64,000 bases of DNA from Escherichia phage vB_EcoM_G2494. This document shows positions 34,817 through 44,089 of the stretch, in pieces. Made by a program: the position numbers and the translations under genes. The notes beneath the pieces are model-generated. The model searched no databases and was not told the DNA's origin. It saw only the letters and a list, made by a program, of their open reading frames with translations. Location of the stretch: sequence record MK327935.1. One strand, 5' to 3'. Each line of letters begins with the position of its first letter. Position 1 is the stretch's first letter.

Positions 34817-36058
34817 ATGACTCATATTTTTACTGAACTGTTGCGGGAATCTACTTCCTCAGTAGCTAACCAGACAGCGCGACCGCAACTATTATCATTA
34901 ACTCGCGCGGTAAACAACCTGATTTTCTCTGATCTGGTAGCAATCCAGCCAACGGATCAACCAGTATCTGCATTGTACGGCCTACGTTATCTTAATCGTG
35001 ATGGTCAGATGACTTTCCGAACTGCTGCGACCTACGGTGGCGCGGCTGGTGATCGCACAGAGATTGAAGAGTTTTCAAAAGAAAAATCTTATGACGAAGG
35101 CGCACTGTTCAAATCAGGCGATGTTGTATACGAAGTTGTGACCGCTGGTACAGTCGGTGAAGATGCCGAAACTCCAGAATCTGCAATCTTTAAAGGCGTA
35201 ATGACAAACAAAATTCGTTTCTATAGCGATTGTGCATCGGTAGAATACTTTGAAGATAAAAACACCGAAATTGCGTCTACCTCTATGCAGTTTGACAAGT
35301 GGCAAGTTAATGTAGGTTCTCGTAAACTGAAAACCTCGTTCACCACTGAATTAATGCAGGATCTTGAGGCAAGCCAAATCAACTCTGAAAACTCTGTAAT
35401 TGATCTTCTGGCTACTGTTGCTTCCGAAGAGATCAACAAAGATATTATTCAGAAGTTGATCACTGTATCATCTCGCTATAAAATTAAAGGGATCACCCCT
35501 GATGGCGTACTTTCTCTCGTTAGCGTTCAGGATGCACCAACACAATCGCGTGAACTTTACCGCTATGCTTGCGAGATGAGCAATCAAATGTTGCGGACTT
35601 CCTCCTTTGCTGGTACATACGTTTTGGCGTCTTCTCGCGTGGTTGGCCTCCTGCAATCATCCGGTTGGATGGAAGAAACCGACAATGCTCTAAGCGAAGG
35701 TCGTCTACGTTGCGGTCTGGAAGTGTACGCAGACACGACAACACCTTTCGATTATATGCTCGTTGGTTGTAAGCACATGATCGGTGATATGGAGAGTGTC
35801 GGTTCTCTGTTCTACTCCCCATATACAGAAGCCGACGGCGCTGGCGCGTATAAGAGCGTAATTGACCCTAATAGCTTCCAGCATCATGTAGCTATTATGA
35901 ATCGTTATTCACTCTCTGTCAACCCATACACATCAAAAGTTGATCAGGAAGAACACCAGGTCATCAAGGGTGACGATTGGGGTAAAATGGCTGGACGTTC
36001 AGAAATGTCCTACATTTTAGGAATCGAACTGCCACCACTTGAGATTGACAACGCTTAA
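34817..36058 (+). CDS. 24: capsid vertex protein gp24
   Basis: 413 aa from ATG at 34817 (track ORF starts earlier at 34769); ELLRESTSS N-terminus and overall similarity to gp23/T4 gp24. Confidence 0.85.
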   Translation: MTHIFTELLRESTSSVANQTARPQLLSLTRAVNNLIFSDLVAIQPTDQPVSALYGLRYLNRDGQMTFRTAATYGGAAGDRTEIEEFSKEKSYDEGALFKSGDVVYEVVTAGTVGEDAETPESAIFKGVMTNKIRFYSDCASVEYFEDKNTEIASTSMQFDKWQVNVGSRKLKTSFTTELMQDLEASQINSENSVIDLLATVASEEINKDIIQKLITVSSRYKIKGITPDGVLSLVSVQDAPTQSRELYRYACEMSNQMLRTSSFAGTYVLASSRVVGLLQSSGWMEETDNALSEGRLRCGLEVYADTTTPFDYMLVGCKHMIGDMESVGSLFYSPYTEADGAGAYKSVIDPNSFQHHVAIMNRYSLSVNPYTSKVDQEEHQVIKGDDWGKMAGRSEMSYILGIELPPLEIDNA

Positions 36059-36646
36059 CTAAATATCTAACCAAGACAAGTCAGATCCGCCAAAGATTTT
36101 TTCGACGGCGGATCTATTTTCTTGATGATATAAGTTAAAACATGGTATCCCATGTCTACGGGCAACATAAACAGCAATTCTAGTTCCTCCCGAAACGATT
36201 CCATTAACTTCTTTCGCCCAAAATATCACACAATCTACAGGGTCATCAAGTGTCTCACCTAAGACTTGAGCAACATTTCTAGAAAACAGATTTTGCATGT
36301 ATAACGGTATAGAACGAGGATTATCATAAACGTGTTCTAATTCATCCATCGCCAGATTTTTTTGTTCTAAGGTTTGCCATGCAATCACATCATGACCGTT
36401 ATGCTTGTGGTCATAAAACTTCCAATTTGGAATGAAAATTTTTCTATAATCTGGATCGTAATACTTCATGAAAGCATTGTCCATACCGTAAGCCCCTCCA
36501 GAATGCGCTACAACGCGATTTTCTGACAATACCCTCCCAATGGTACTAGCCATTATCAAAATGTCGCTAGGCGCTTTTCTAGAGCCTATTAAAGCACATC
36601 TACGAAGTGGTTTTACTCCAAATAGATCTTGTAACTGGTCAAACAT
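36059..36646 (-). CDS. DprA/SLOG-like Rossmann-fold protein
   Basis: 195 aa; ALIGSRKAP...VVAHSGGAYGMDNAF resembles DprA/Smf-type nucleotide-binding motif; occupies the slot where T4 has rnlB. Confidence 0.45.
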   Translation of the reverse strand: MFDQLQDLFGVKPLRRCALIGSRKAPSDILIMASTIGRVLSENRVVAHSGGAYGMDNAFMKYYDPDYRKIFIPNWKFYDHKHNGHDVIAWQTLEQKNLAMDELEHVYDNPRSIPLYMQNLFSRNVAQVLGETLDDPVDCVIFWAKEVNGIVSGGTRIAVYVARRHGIPCFNLYHQENRSAVEKIFGGSDLSWLDI

Positions 36647-36800
36647 AATATTTCCTCCATAGAAAGCAATATCATACTACAAGTTAATAACAAATACAAG
36701 TATCCGCGTAGCGGAAGCGAGCACAGCGAGCAATAAAAACACTTCCAGTAATTGATTAATAAATGTTCGAAACAAATTTTTATTATTCTATAAGATAAGT

Positions 36801-36974
36801 CTTCGTTTTGATCATAATTTAATCACACATGTAAAAACTACACAAAAGGATATCGCTTCGCGAACTCCTACGGAGTATAACATTTGTGTTACAATATGTA
36901 GTGATTAATAATTAACCAAAGATACATTTTCTATGTTCTAAAGATCTTTCTTCGTTTTGATCATAATTTAATCA
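36801..36974. repeat. pair of 25-bp direct repeats (cttcgttttgatcataatttaatca) ~150 bp apart in AT-rich intergenic region
   Basis: copies at 36801-36825 and 36950-36974, each followed by cacatgtaaa. Confidence 0.6.
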
Positions 36975-37025
36975 AACAGTATTAATATCGTGCACATGTA
37001 AACTAAAATTATGTTAATAACATAT

Positions 37026-37053
37026 ACAAAAAAAGCCGCCCCGAAGGACGGCT
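37026..37053 (-). terminator. rho-independent terminator (minus strand)
   Basis: GCCGTCCTTCGGGGCGGC hairpin followed by U-run on minus strand. Confidence 0.65.
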
Positions 37054-37061
37054 AATGTTAA

Positions 37062-37499
37062 TTATTTGTTGATAACGATCTGATTTCGGCGAATGGTAAC
37101 ATTACTCTTAGAGATGATCAGATCATCCGGCACTACGTTAGTTTTGTATGGTTGGAAGCGAACAAGCATCTGATTGCGTTTAGACCCTTCCTTAATCTTG
37201 ATTTCCATCTGGATATTGTTGCCTACGTGAGCAACCGCAATTTCACCTTTATTCTCATAGACCCACTTGCTGGTAACGTCTCCAGCAAAAGCCTTAATAA
37301 CTTGCAATGCTTCGTCGTATGCGGTAGAGCTGTGAACTTTCAGAAGGCCAGCCGTAGCAAGACGGGAGCAGGTGATCGCCGGAGATTGCCAAACATCAAC
37401 ATTAATTTGCTCAATCAGAGTAACACCGCCCTGATCAACTGCTTTGAATGCTTCGAACATTGCCTTTTTCATTGCTACGTGGGTTTTACGGAATTTCAT
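37062..37499 (-). CDS. hypothetical protein
   Basis: 145 aa ORF with terminator downstream. Confidence 0.5.
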   Translation of the reverse strand: MKFRKTHVAMKKAMFEAFKAVDQGGVTLIEQINVDVWQSPAITCSRLATAGLLKVHSSTAYDEALQVIKAFAGDVTSKWVYENKGEIAVAHVGNNIQMEIKIKEGSKRNQMLVRFQPYKTNVVPDDLIISKSNVTIRRNQIVINK

Positions 37500-37545
37500 A
37501 ATTAGTCACCTCTATTGATTAGTTATTCAGAATATTAATTACAAA

Positions 37546-37821
37546 TCAGGACATTGCCCGTTTGAATGCGTCCATTATAACAGTGTTATTTGGCTTGTCA
37601 ACACGTTTTTGAACTTTATTTTTAAATTTTTTGTTGATGTGGTGTTTACGATAAACAACCTTTTCACGGTTGGCGTAAGCCTCGCGTGCATCTTTTACCA
37701 TCAACCATGCCTTAGCCGCATCTTGTCCGCTGATCCCGCCAATCTTTTTAGCAATATCAACAAAATTAAGACCGTGGTCTTCTCGTAGCATGTAAACCAT
37801 TAACGCTGTTTTCTTGTCCAT
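37546..37821 (-). CDS. hypothetical protein (91 aa, starting MDKKTAL)
   Basis: ATGA overlap with stop of upstream membrane-protein ORF; longer track ORF (to 37929) overlaps that gene out of frame. Confidence 0.4.
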   Translation of the reverse strand: MDKKTALMVYMLREDHGLNFVDIAKKIGGISGQDAAKAWLMVKDAREAYANREKVVYRKHHINKKFKNKVQKRVDKPNNTVIMDAFKRAMS

Positions 37822-38018
37822 CACTTCGCCCCATTGACGATTAACAGGATAGTGATCAGCACCGGAAACTGGATCATGATAGTGCCAATAAACCGGATAA
37901 ACGCATTTTCTGACTTCCACACATGACATGCGACTAGCTGATATACCATTGTTGCCACCAAAGCCAGAAAATACATCTCGATTGGTGTTTCTTTGATCAA
38001 TCGTACAATCTCATTCAT
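37821..38018 (-). CDS. small hydrophobic membrane protein
   Basis: 65 aa, two hydrophobic segments; SD GAGGTG upstream. Confidence 0.45.
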   Translation of the reverse strand: MNEIVRLIKETPIEMYFLALVATMVYQLVACHVWKSENAFIRFIGTIMIQFPVLITILLIVNGAK

Positions 38019-38145
38019 ACTTCACCTCATACATTCATAAACACAACAACGAATAGGACAGTAACAGTTATCAACGCCATTTTCAACCCCACATTCATAA
38101 TATTTTCTTCGCCTCACTATGGACAGTAGCATGTCGATGTGTGCC

Positions 38146-38173
38146 ATTATAGGCATCTAAATCGCTCTGTCAA
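38146..38173 (-). promoter_or_regulatory. sigma70-type early promoter (minus strand)
   Basis: TTGACA, 16-nt spacer, TATAAT on minus strand, downstream of hoc terminator. Confidence 0.6.
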
Positions 38174-38183
38174 GCACAAAAAC

Positions 38184-38209
38184 AAAAAAGCCACCCCGAA
38201 GGATGGCTG
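38184..38209 (-). terminator. rho-independent terminator after hoc (minus strand)
   Basis: AGCCATCCTTCGGGGTGGCT hairpin followed by U-run. Confidence 0.65.
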
Positions 38210-38219
38210 ATATATTTCA

Positions 38220-39434
38220 TTAAGCAGGATGCATTTCACGAATGCGTAGAACTCGCTCTAACGTCTCTCGGTCCAGTTTATGTAACTCTTTGGAATGATA
38301 CATGAAACCATTGCGAGATTCCATGCAAGTGCAATCACTATATTTTTCTTCCGCTGCCGCGATTGTCTCCAGATCTTTGGCGTACTTGCTTGTTGAATAA
38401 ACTTCTCGATCACGCCACTCTAACCCAGCCTCATTGAATTTAACAATCTCGTCAAATACCCACCATCCAATGTAGATAAATGAAGTTTTGCGCCACGGGA
38501 TCGGGTGTACGTAACGAAACATTTTAACAACTTCCATCGAACATTTTCGGCTTGTACTTGCTGCAACTTCTACTGTTTCATCTTCGATCTGTTGATATAG
38601 TTTAGCAACACACCAGAATTTGGCTGTGTCATCGTAAGTAGCACTCTCTTTGAACAGATGACCGTCTGGAGTGATAGAAAATCCTTCCAGTGCTTCGCCG
38701 ACCTCACTACCGATCAGAGTCGGTGACATTTGCCCTTCGCGCTGCAAATACCAGTTATATTTGATCGTCAAATTAGGCATACCGCTAGAATCGCCTACAA
38801 TGTTCTCTGACACAACATAATTAAGTAAGATCTCATTACCTAGTGCCACGGTCTTTGATTCCACCACATCCTGATCTAAGTTCATTGTTGCCAGCATTAT
38901 TTTAGTCGATGCGCTAGCGGCTGAATCTTCCGACTCACCCCACACTTTTACAGTATACACGCCGTTTTTATCTGCTGTAAATTCTTGGATTGTAATATCT
39001 TTTTTTGTGTCTATAACGTCTTCGCCCTTACTCCAACTATAATGTAGTTCATAGTTGTCTGCTGGAGTCTTCCCACCAGAAAATTTTACTGTTGCATGTA
39101 ATTCTACGTCTGTTTGTGATGATACGTAGAAATGCTGCGGTTCGGTGATATTTACGATTAATTCAGCTTCTTCCATGAGAAAAACTTCAGATTCTACTGA
39201 TTCCATCGTATCGGTATCCTGTACCGTTACTTTATAGATACCCGCATTTTCACTTGTTGCGTCTGCTACAGATAGCGTAGCTGTGCTATTTTCATGTGGT
39301 TGGTCGTCTTTTGTCCATGTATATGTCAAATTGCTGGGTAATGGTTCGTCACCCGATACAGTCGCCGTTAAGGTGAAACCATCGCCAGCAAGAAAACATC
39401 TTTTGTCAGATTTAATTGATACTGTGAAAGCCAT
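38220..39434 (-). CDS. hoc: highly immunogenic outer capsid protein Hoc
   Basis: 404 aa; Ig-like repeat region plus C-terminal capsid-binding block (YVHPIPWRKTSFIYIGWWVFDEI ... ESRNGFMYH) matching T4 Hoc. Confidence 0.85.
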   Translation of the reverse strand: MAFTVSIKSDKRCFLAGDGFTLTATVSGDEPLPSNLTYTWTKDDQPHENSTATLSVADATSENAGIYKVTVQDTDTMESVESEVFLMEEAELIVNITEPQHFYVSSQTDVELHATVKFSGGKTPADNYELHYSWSKGEDVIDTKKDITIQEFTADKNGVYTVKVWGESEDSAASASTKIMLATMNLDQDVVESKTVALGNEILLNYVVSENIVGDSSGMPNLTIKYNWYLQREGQMSPTLIGSEVGEALEGFSITPDGHLFKESATYDDTAKFWCVAKLYQQIEDETVEVAASTSRKCSMEVVKMFRYVHPIPWRKTSFIYIGWWVFDEIVKFNEAGLEWRDREVYSTSKYAKDLETIAAAEEKYSDCTCMESRNGFMYHSKELHKLDRETLERVLRIREMHPA

Positions 39435-39603
39435 ATAAAGCCACTCCCATAGAAAATCCGAATTTAATTAATTGAAATAGTTGATTGCCATCAACCAGAT
39501 AACCATTGCGAGATTCCAATACATGAGTATTAGAATAGTGATGCAACGAGGCCGAAATAGTATCGATCTCGTCTGGGTATTTGTTCTGTTTGATGTAATA
39601 CAT
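39412..39603 (-). pseudogene. hoc C-terminal-like fragment
   Basis: YYIKQNKYPDEID...HVLESRNGYLVDGNQ parallels the last ~45 residues of Hoc; no good RBS; overlaps hoc start. Confidence 0.4.
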
Positions 39604-39699
39604 TTATTTTGTTAGACATGTAGTATCCTCTTTTTAATTGCATAACGGAACTACAATTAAAATTATAACAAATATTTCACAACTTTTATCACCCAAAAA

Positions 39700-40425
39700 T
39701 TACTTGAGTGTGTGGAATTGGCTGTGTTTAGTCTCTCGCACCTTGACAGACCCATCGCGTTTGATATAATAGATCAGTGACTTGAGTGTGTCGTGTACAT
39801 ACGCGTGCGGGAAACGCTCTGGATACTTCTTCCAATCTGGAGTATTAACGATCCAGTCGAAAATCCACCACGGGCAGGAGTAGTAACCACGACCGCCACC
39901 GATCAAGCAAATGGTCGGACGGAAACCAGTAAGATCGCAAAATGAATCAGTGTCATGTGCTGGGGAACGATGCTCTGCTTCGTTAGAGAAAATGTTGGCT
40001 ACCGGAGATTCCACTTTAACTTCCGGTGCTTCTTCAACATCTGACTTAACTTCTTCGACCACTGGTTCAACTGCCGGAGATTCTTCTTTTGTTTCTTCAA
40101 TGACGATCTCAGGTTCTTTCATTGCTTCAACCAGAGACGGATCAACTTCGTCGAATACCACTTTATCATCTGCGGTGTCTGTTGCCAGAATAAGATCGTT
40201 AATACTGGTTCCTTCTGCCGGAGTTTCTTCTTCCATTTCGGAAGCCAGTTTAGTTAATTCTGTTTCTACGAACTCGATCATGTTCTCTAGCGAGAGCGTC
40301 TTTTTGACCTTTATATCAAATTGTTTTGCGTAGTCCGCTAATTCTGTTTTAGCGGCTTTCTGTGATTCTTTGTCGTCGGACGCCGCAATAGCGCGGAGTT
40401 CTTCGAAATATTCTTTATCAAACAT
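39700..40425 (-). CDS. acidic protein with Hoc-C-terminal-like segment (inh position by synteny)
   Basis: 241 aa; acidic low-complexity middle; C-terminal CPWWIFDWIV...DWKKYPERFPHAYVHDTLK resembles Hoc capsid-binding region. Confidence 0.45.
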   Translation of the reverse strand: MFDKEYFEELRAIAASDDKESQKAAKTELADYAKQFDIKVKKTLSLENMIEFVETELTKLASEMEEETPAEGTSINDLILATDTADDKVVFDEVDPSLVEAMKEPEIVIEETKEESPAVEPVVEEVKSDVEEAPEVKVESPVANIFSNEAEHRSPAHDTDSFCDLTGFRPTICLIGGGRGYYSCPWWIFDWIVNTPDWKKYPERFPHAYVHDTLKSLIYYIKRDGSVKVRETKHSQFHTLK

Positions 40426-40451
40426 GTTATTCTCCTGATTGGTGGTGTTTG

Positions 40452-40459
40452 TATAAATA
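40452..40459 (+). promoter_or_regulatory. late promoter-like TATAAATA upstream of uvsW
   Basis: exact motif ~22 nt upstream of start. Confidence 0.45.
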
Positions 40460-40480
40460 TTTGTATACTGTATTTATTGA

Positions 40481-41998
40481 GTGAGGCTATTCGCTATGCA
40501 AGATATTAAAATTCACTTTCTGAACTACTCCCATGTTCAAATTGAATGTAGCGATTCAATTTTATTAGAAATGCGAGATTATTTTAGTTTTGAAGTCGAG
40601 GGAGCGCGGTTTCAAAAAAGATTTAAGTATGGTGGATGGGATGGGCGTATTCGTCTTTTAGATTACAACGGAAAGCTGCCAATCGGCCTAACTAAAACCG
40701 TGGGAATCTTCGCTAAAAATATGGGCTATAGCGTATGGGTAGATCCTCGCTTATTCGAAAAAGAACAAGTTACAGAAGAAGAAATTACAAAATGGTGTAA
40801 TGACTTAGAATTATATTCCGGTGCTAACAGGATCACCCCGCATTGGTATCAATCAAAGGCTGTCTTTGAAGGTATTCATCATAAACGCCGTATGTTAGTT
40901 TTGCCTACGTCCGCTGGTAAATCTGCGATTGCTTGTATGTTGTCTCGCTGGTACTTAGAGAACTACGAAGGGAAAGTGCTGATCATCGTTCCTACCACGT
41001 CGCTAGTGCTGCAAATGCGTGATGACTTTGTTGATTATCGCCAGTTTCCTTATGAAGCAATTCATACTATCATGAGCGGTACTAGTAAACACGTAGGTGA
41101 TCGCCTGATCGTTGTTAGTACGTGGCAATCAGCATGTAAACAGCCTCGTGAGTGGTTCCAGCAATTTGGGATGGTTATTGTTGACGAATGTCACAAAGCC
41201 ACTGCTAAAAACCTGCTAAACATCGTTACTGATATGGATCATTGCCAATTTAAGATCGGCATGACTGGTTCCCCTCGTGACGGGAAAGCTAACATGATGC
41301 AGTATGTCGGGCTTTTCGGTGATATTTCTAAGATCGTGAGTATTGACCGCCTGATGGAAGAAGGGCAGGTGACAAAACTGAAAATTAACTGTCTTTTCCT
41401 TCGTTATACCGATGATGAATGTAGCGCGGTTAAGGGGCGAGAATATGCGGAAGAGATCAAGTATATTACGTCTAACCCACGACGAAATAAGTTTGCTTGT
41501 AATTTGGCGCTAAAACTCGCTAAGAAGGGCGAAAACGTATTCCTGATGTTCCGCAATACTAAGCACGGAAAACTTATGTATGATGCGTTACAGAAGGTAC
41601 ACGACAAGGTTTATTATATTGACGGTGGAGTTAAGACAGAAGAACGTGATGAATTTAAGAAATTAGCGGAAGGGGAAACCGGGATCATTTGCGTTGCATC
41701 CTATGGTGTGTTCTCTACTGGTGTTTCAATTAAGAATTTGCATCATGTTATTTTCGGTCATCCAGTGAAGGAATCAACTATCGTTCGTCAGAGTATCGGT
41801 CGTGCATTGCGTAAACATGGTTCTAAGGATATTGCAACGGTCTGGGATCTTATAGATCATCTGGCGGTGAAGACAAAGAGCAAGAATGCTAAGAAACAGT
41901 TTAGTCACCTTAATTATGCTCTTAAACATGCCATTGAAAGAATAAAAATTTACAACACCGACCGATTCGAATATGCCACGAAAACCATCGAGATTTAA
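40481..41998 (+). CDS. uvsW: UvsW DNA/RNA helicase
   Basis: 505 aa; extensive identity to T4 UvsW (GGWDGRIRLLDYN, LPTSAGKS, VDECH, GMTGSPRDGKANIMQYVG, ASYGVFSTG, HLNYALKH). Confidence 0.9.
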   Translation: MRLFAMQDIKIHFLNYSHVQIECSDSILLEMRDYFSFEVEGARFQKRFKYGGWDGRIRLLDYNGKLPIGLTKTVGIFAKNMGYSVWVDPRLFEKEQVTEEEITKWCNDLELYSGANRITPHWYQSKAVFEGIHHKRRMLVLPTSAGKSAIACMLSRWYLENYEGKVLIIVPTTSLVLQMRDDFVDYRQFPYEAIHTIMSGTSKHVGDRLIVVSTWQSACKQPREWFQQFGMVIVDECHKATAKNLLNIVTDMDHCQFKIGMTGSPRDGKANMMQYVGLFGDISKIVSIDRLMEEGQVTKLKINCLFLRYTDDECSAVKGREYAEEIKYITSNPRRNKFACNLALKLAKKGENVFLMFRNTKHGKLMYDALQKVHDKVYYIDGGVKTEERDEFKKLAEGETGIICVASYGVFSTGVSIKNLHHVIFGHPVKESTIVRQSIGRALRKHGSKDIATVWDLIDHLAVKTKSKNAKKQFSHLNYALKHAIERIKIYNTDRFEYATKTIEI

Positions 41999-42041
41999 TA
42001 AATAGGGGATTTAATGCCCCTTTATTCTACGGAGATTAAAA

Positions 42042-42278
42042 ATGATTAGCTTTAAACGTTTTTTGGTTGAGGCCGCTATTGACGGTTTCATGAGTAAGAT
42101 TTATTCTTGTAATACTATCGAGGGATTAAATGAACTTGAGGCATATTATGAGAAGCGCAAGAAAGAAACAGAATTGAAACCTGCTGATGATATTTCGATC
42201 CGTGATGCCATCGCTGGACGCCGTAAGCAATTGGAAGCGGACAACGAGCCAGAAGAGGAGCCGGAAGAGGATTTTTAA
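42042..42278 (+). CDS. uvsW.1: UvsW.1
   Basis: 78 aa directly after uvsW, acidic C-terminus. Confidence 0.65.
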   Translation: MISFKRFLVEAAIDGFMSKIYSCNTIEGLNELEAYYEKRKKETELKPADDISIRDAIAGRRKQLEADNEPEEEPEEDF

Positions 42279-42289
42279 GATATAAAAAA

Positions 42290-42308
42290 GCCCCATCAAT
42301 GATGGGGC
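42290..42308. terminator. bidirectional hairpin between convergent uvsW.1 and uvsY-side genes
   Basis: GCCCCATCA-ATGATGGGGC flanked by A/T runs on both sides. Confidence 0.55.
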
Positions 42309-42341
42309 AAAATAAACCAATTAAAATCGGTTATCAACAAA

Positions 42342-42518
42342 TTACATTAACAGCATTGTTTGCTCTACGAGTTGTTCTTGTTCTTCGCCGTTCGCATCTT
42401 CACTAATCGAACGTTCTGTTACTAGCTGTAAGCAGTAGCCAGTGTGAACAACGCCGTTTTCTGTCTGGACGGCTAACGCATCCTCGACAGGTTGTTTACA
42501 ACAAATACAGATTTTCAT
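42342..42518 (-). CDS. small Cys-rich protein (58 aa) downstream of uvsY
   Basis: MKICICCKQPVED...; SD AGGAGG 8 nt upstream; below ORF-track length cutoff. Confidence 0.45.
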   Translation of the reverse strand: MKICICCKQPVEDALAVQTENGVVHTGYCLQLVTERSISEDANGEEQEQLVEQTMLLM

Positions 42519-42539
42519 AAAAATTCCTCCTGCATGTAT

Positions 42540-42947
42540 TTAGCGTCCAGATTCCAGCATACGCAATTCTATAGCATTCTTGATCGCAAATCCACGAGAT
42601 TTAACGATATCAAGTGCGCGACCAGCAAAATCCATTACCATCTGGTAATATGCAATTTTCGTATCAAGCGGTAAGATCTCGTCGTCTGCTGCCATGACAA
42701 CTTTCAATTCTGATTTCTCATATTCAGCGCGACACCAGTCATCACTACGGTTAGTGTAAAAGTCAAGACGATTTTTCATAGCCTTTTTCTTTTTAGCCTC
42801 AAGAGCAATCGTCTCTCTTTTCGCCTCGCTGTAAATCCTTAACCACTTTGAGTATACTACCGGATTATTCAGCGCCTCCCATTGCAACTTAGTCGCATCG
42901 ATCTTCATGTCAGCTTCTAATTGTTCTTTCAAATCGTTTAGGTCCAT
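42540..42947 (-). CDS. uvsY: UvsY recombination mediator
   Basis: 135 aa; similar to T4 UvsY (KLQWEALNN..YSKW, KSELK, SRGFAIK). Confidence 0.85.
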   Translation of the reverse strand: MDLNDLKEQLEADMKIDATKLQWEALNNPVVYSKWLRIYSEAKRETIALEAKKKKAMKNRLDFYTNRSDDWCRAEYEKSELKVVMAADDEILPLDTKIAYYQMVMDFAGRALDIVKSRGFAIKNAIELRMLESGR

Positions 42948-42994
42948 AATATCCCCTTATTCACACTAAGACCTATATCATATCACACACAAAA

Positions 42995-43393
42995 TCACTT
43001 TGCAAGTCTTATGCGTAGTTGTTCAAGATCATCTGGGTTATCTATTACTGAAAAGTAGATTGATACTATGATTGAGTTATCGTCGTACTGCGGAGTTACT
43101 TCTACTGTCAGGTTTCGGACCCGTGGTTCATAGTTTCGGATCGCCTCATTGATGTTTTTTGATAAGGTGTCCACTGTCAGTGGGTTCATGTTCTCAAACA
43201 GTGATTTATTGAGATCGCATCCAAACAGTGGATCAAATGGACGAGATCCCTTGCGAGTAGTCACGATCAGTAGAATAGAATCCTTAACCGCTTTAATCCC
43301 TATGTTCTTTTTAACGTCGTTATTCCACGATCTGGATATATTGAGATCCAAATCAGTATACATCTGATTAATAGTTGCCATGTTATACCTCAA
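42995..43393 (-). CDS. 25: baseplate wedge protein gp25
   Basis: 132 aa; strong similarity to T4 gp25 (TTRKGSRPFDP.FGCDL, FENM.PLT.DT, IRNYEPR, FSVIDNPDD). Confidence 0.85.
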   Translation of the reverse strand: MRYNMATINQMYTDLDLNISRSWNNDVKKNIGIKAVKDSILLIVTTRKGSRPFDPLFGCDLNKSLFENMNPLTVDTLSKNINEAIRNYEPRVRNLTVEVTPQYDDNSIIVSIYFSVIDNPDDLEQLRIRLAK

Positions 43394-44019
43394 AGAATTT
43401 TAAGGAAACTGGATAGACCTGATAATGAATATACACCAGATTCCCCGCATTCGCACTTGATCGGTACTGCCAGCGTGATTTGATTTCTTGTTAGCTCGTC
43501 GATCACTTCTTCCACTTTATCCGTGGTAAGCATATCCAGCACGCGGTCAAAGTCCTGTGCGTTCAGGTCGTCTATATTGAATTGCTGATCGCCGATCACG
43601 ATATATTCGATACATGCAATTACCATCTGCATAATATCAACATCTTCTGTAAACTTAGGTTGACGAAATTTGATTTTTACTTGCCCTAAGTCCAGAATAT
43701 ACGGTTCAACTTCTGGTATCTGTGTGCGTGAAACATCAAGAGAATATACTTTCTCTTTATTGCATACACCACATACCCAAGTAGCATCAATTTTCATCTT
43801 ATTGAGGCTGTGACACCATAAGAGAAGAAAAATATATTCTGCTTCGCATTTCTCTAGCTCTAATGCATTGATCCCCGTACATTCATGTATGATCTCTATA
43901 ACAACCTCTGACAGCTTGCCAGTCTCTTTTGCTGCTACCAGTTTTTGAAATTCGCCGAAGGTGAAAGCACGGGCGTGTATCAACTTTTCGCCTAATTGGA
44001 TCTTGAAAAAGTATTGCAT
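43390..44019 (-). CDS. 26: baseplate hub subunit gp26
   Basis: 209 aa, position and size. Confidence 0.65.
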   Translation of the reverse strand: MQYFFKIQLGEKLIHARAFTFGEFQKLVAAKETGKLSEVVIEIIHECTGINALELEKCEAEYIFLLLWCHSLNKMKIDATWVCGVCNKEKVYSLDVSRTQIPEVEPYILDLGQVKIKFRQPKFTEDVDIMQMVIACIEYIVIGDQQFNIDDLNAQDFDRVLDMLTTDKVEEVIDELTRNQITLAVPIKCECGESGVYSLSGLSSFLKIL

Positions 44020-44061
44020 AATAAAACACCCTTTATAAACACATAGAATTATTTAGTATTT

Positions 44062-44069
44062 TATAAATA
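44062..44069 (+). promoter_or_regulatory. T4-type late promoter TATAAATA upstream of gp51
   Basis: exact motif ~20 nt upstream of ATG. Confidence 0.55.
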
Positions 44070-44089
44070 CCCGAAAGGGGGATTATACC

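Noticed and set aside
36650-37060. Origin of replication or MotA-dependent middle promoters in the repeat-containing spacer
   Set aside because: The repeats do not match the MotA box (TGCTT) consensus and no iteron-like array of three or more copies is present; retained only as a low-interest observation.
39911-40333. 140-aa Ser/Thr-rich plus-strand ORF
   Set aside because: Antisense to the acidic region of the minus-strand gene 39700..40425.
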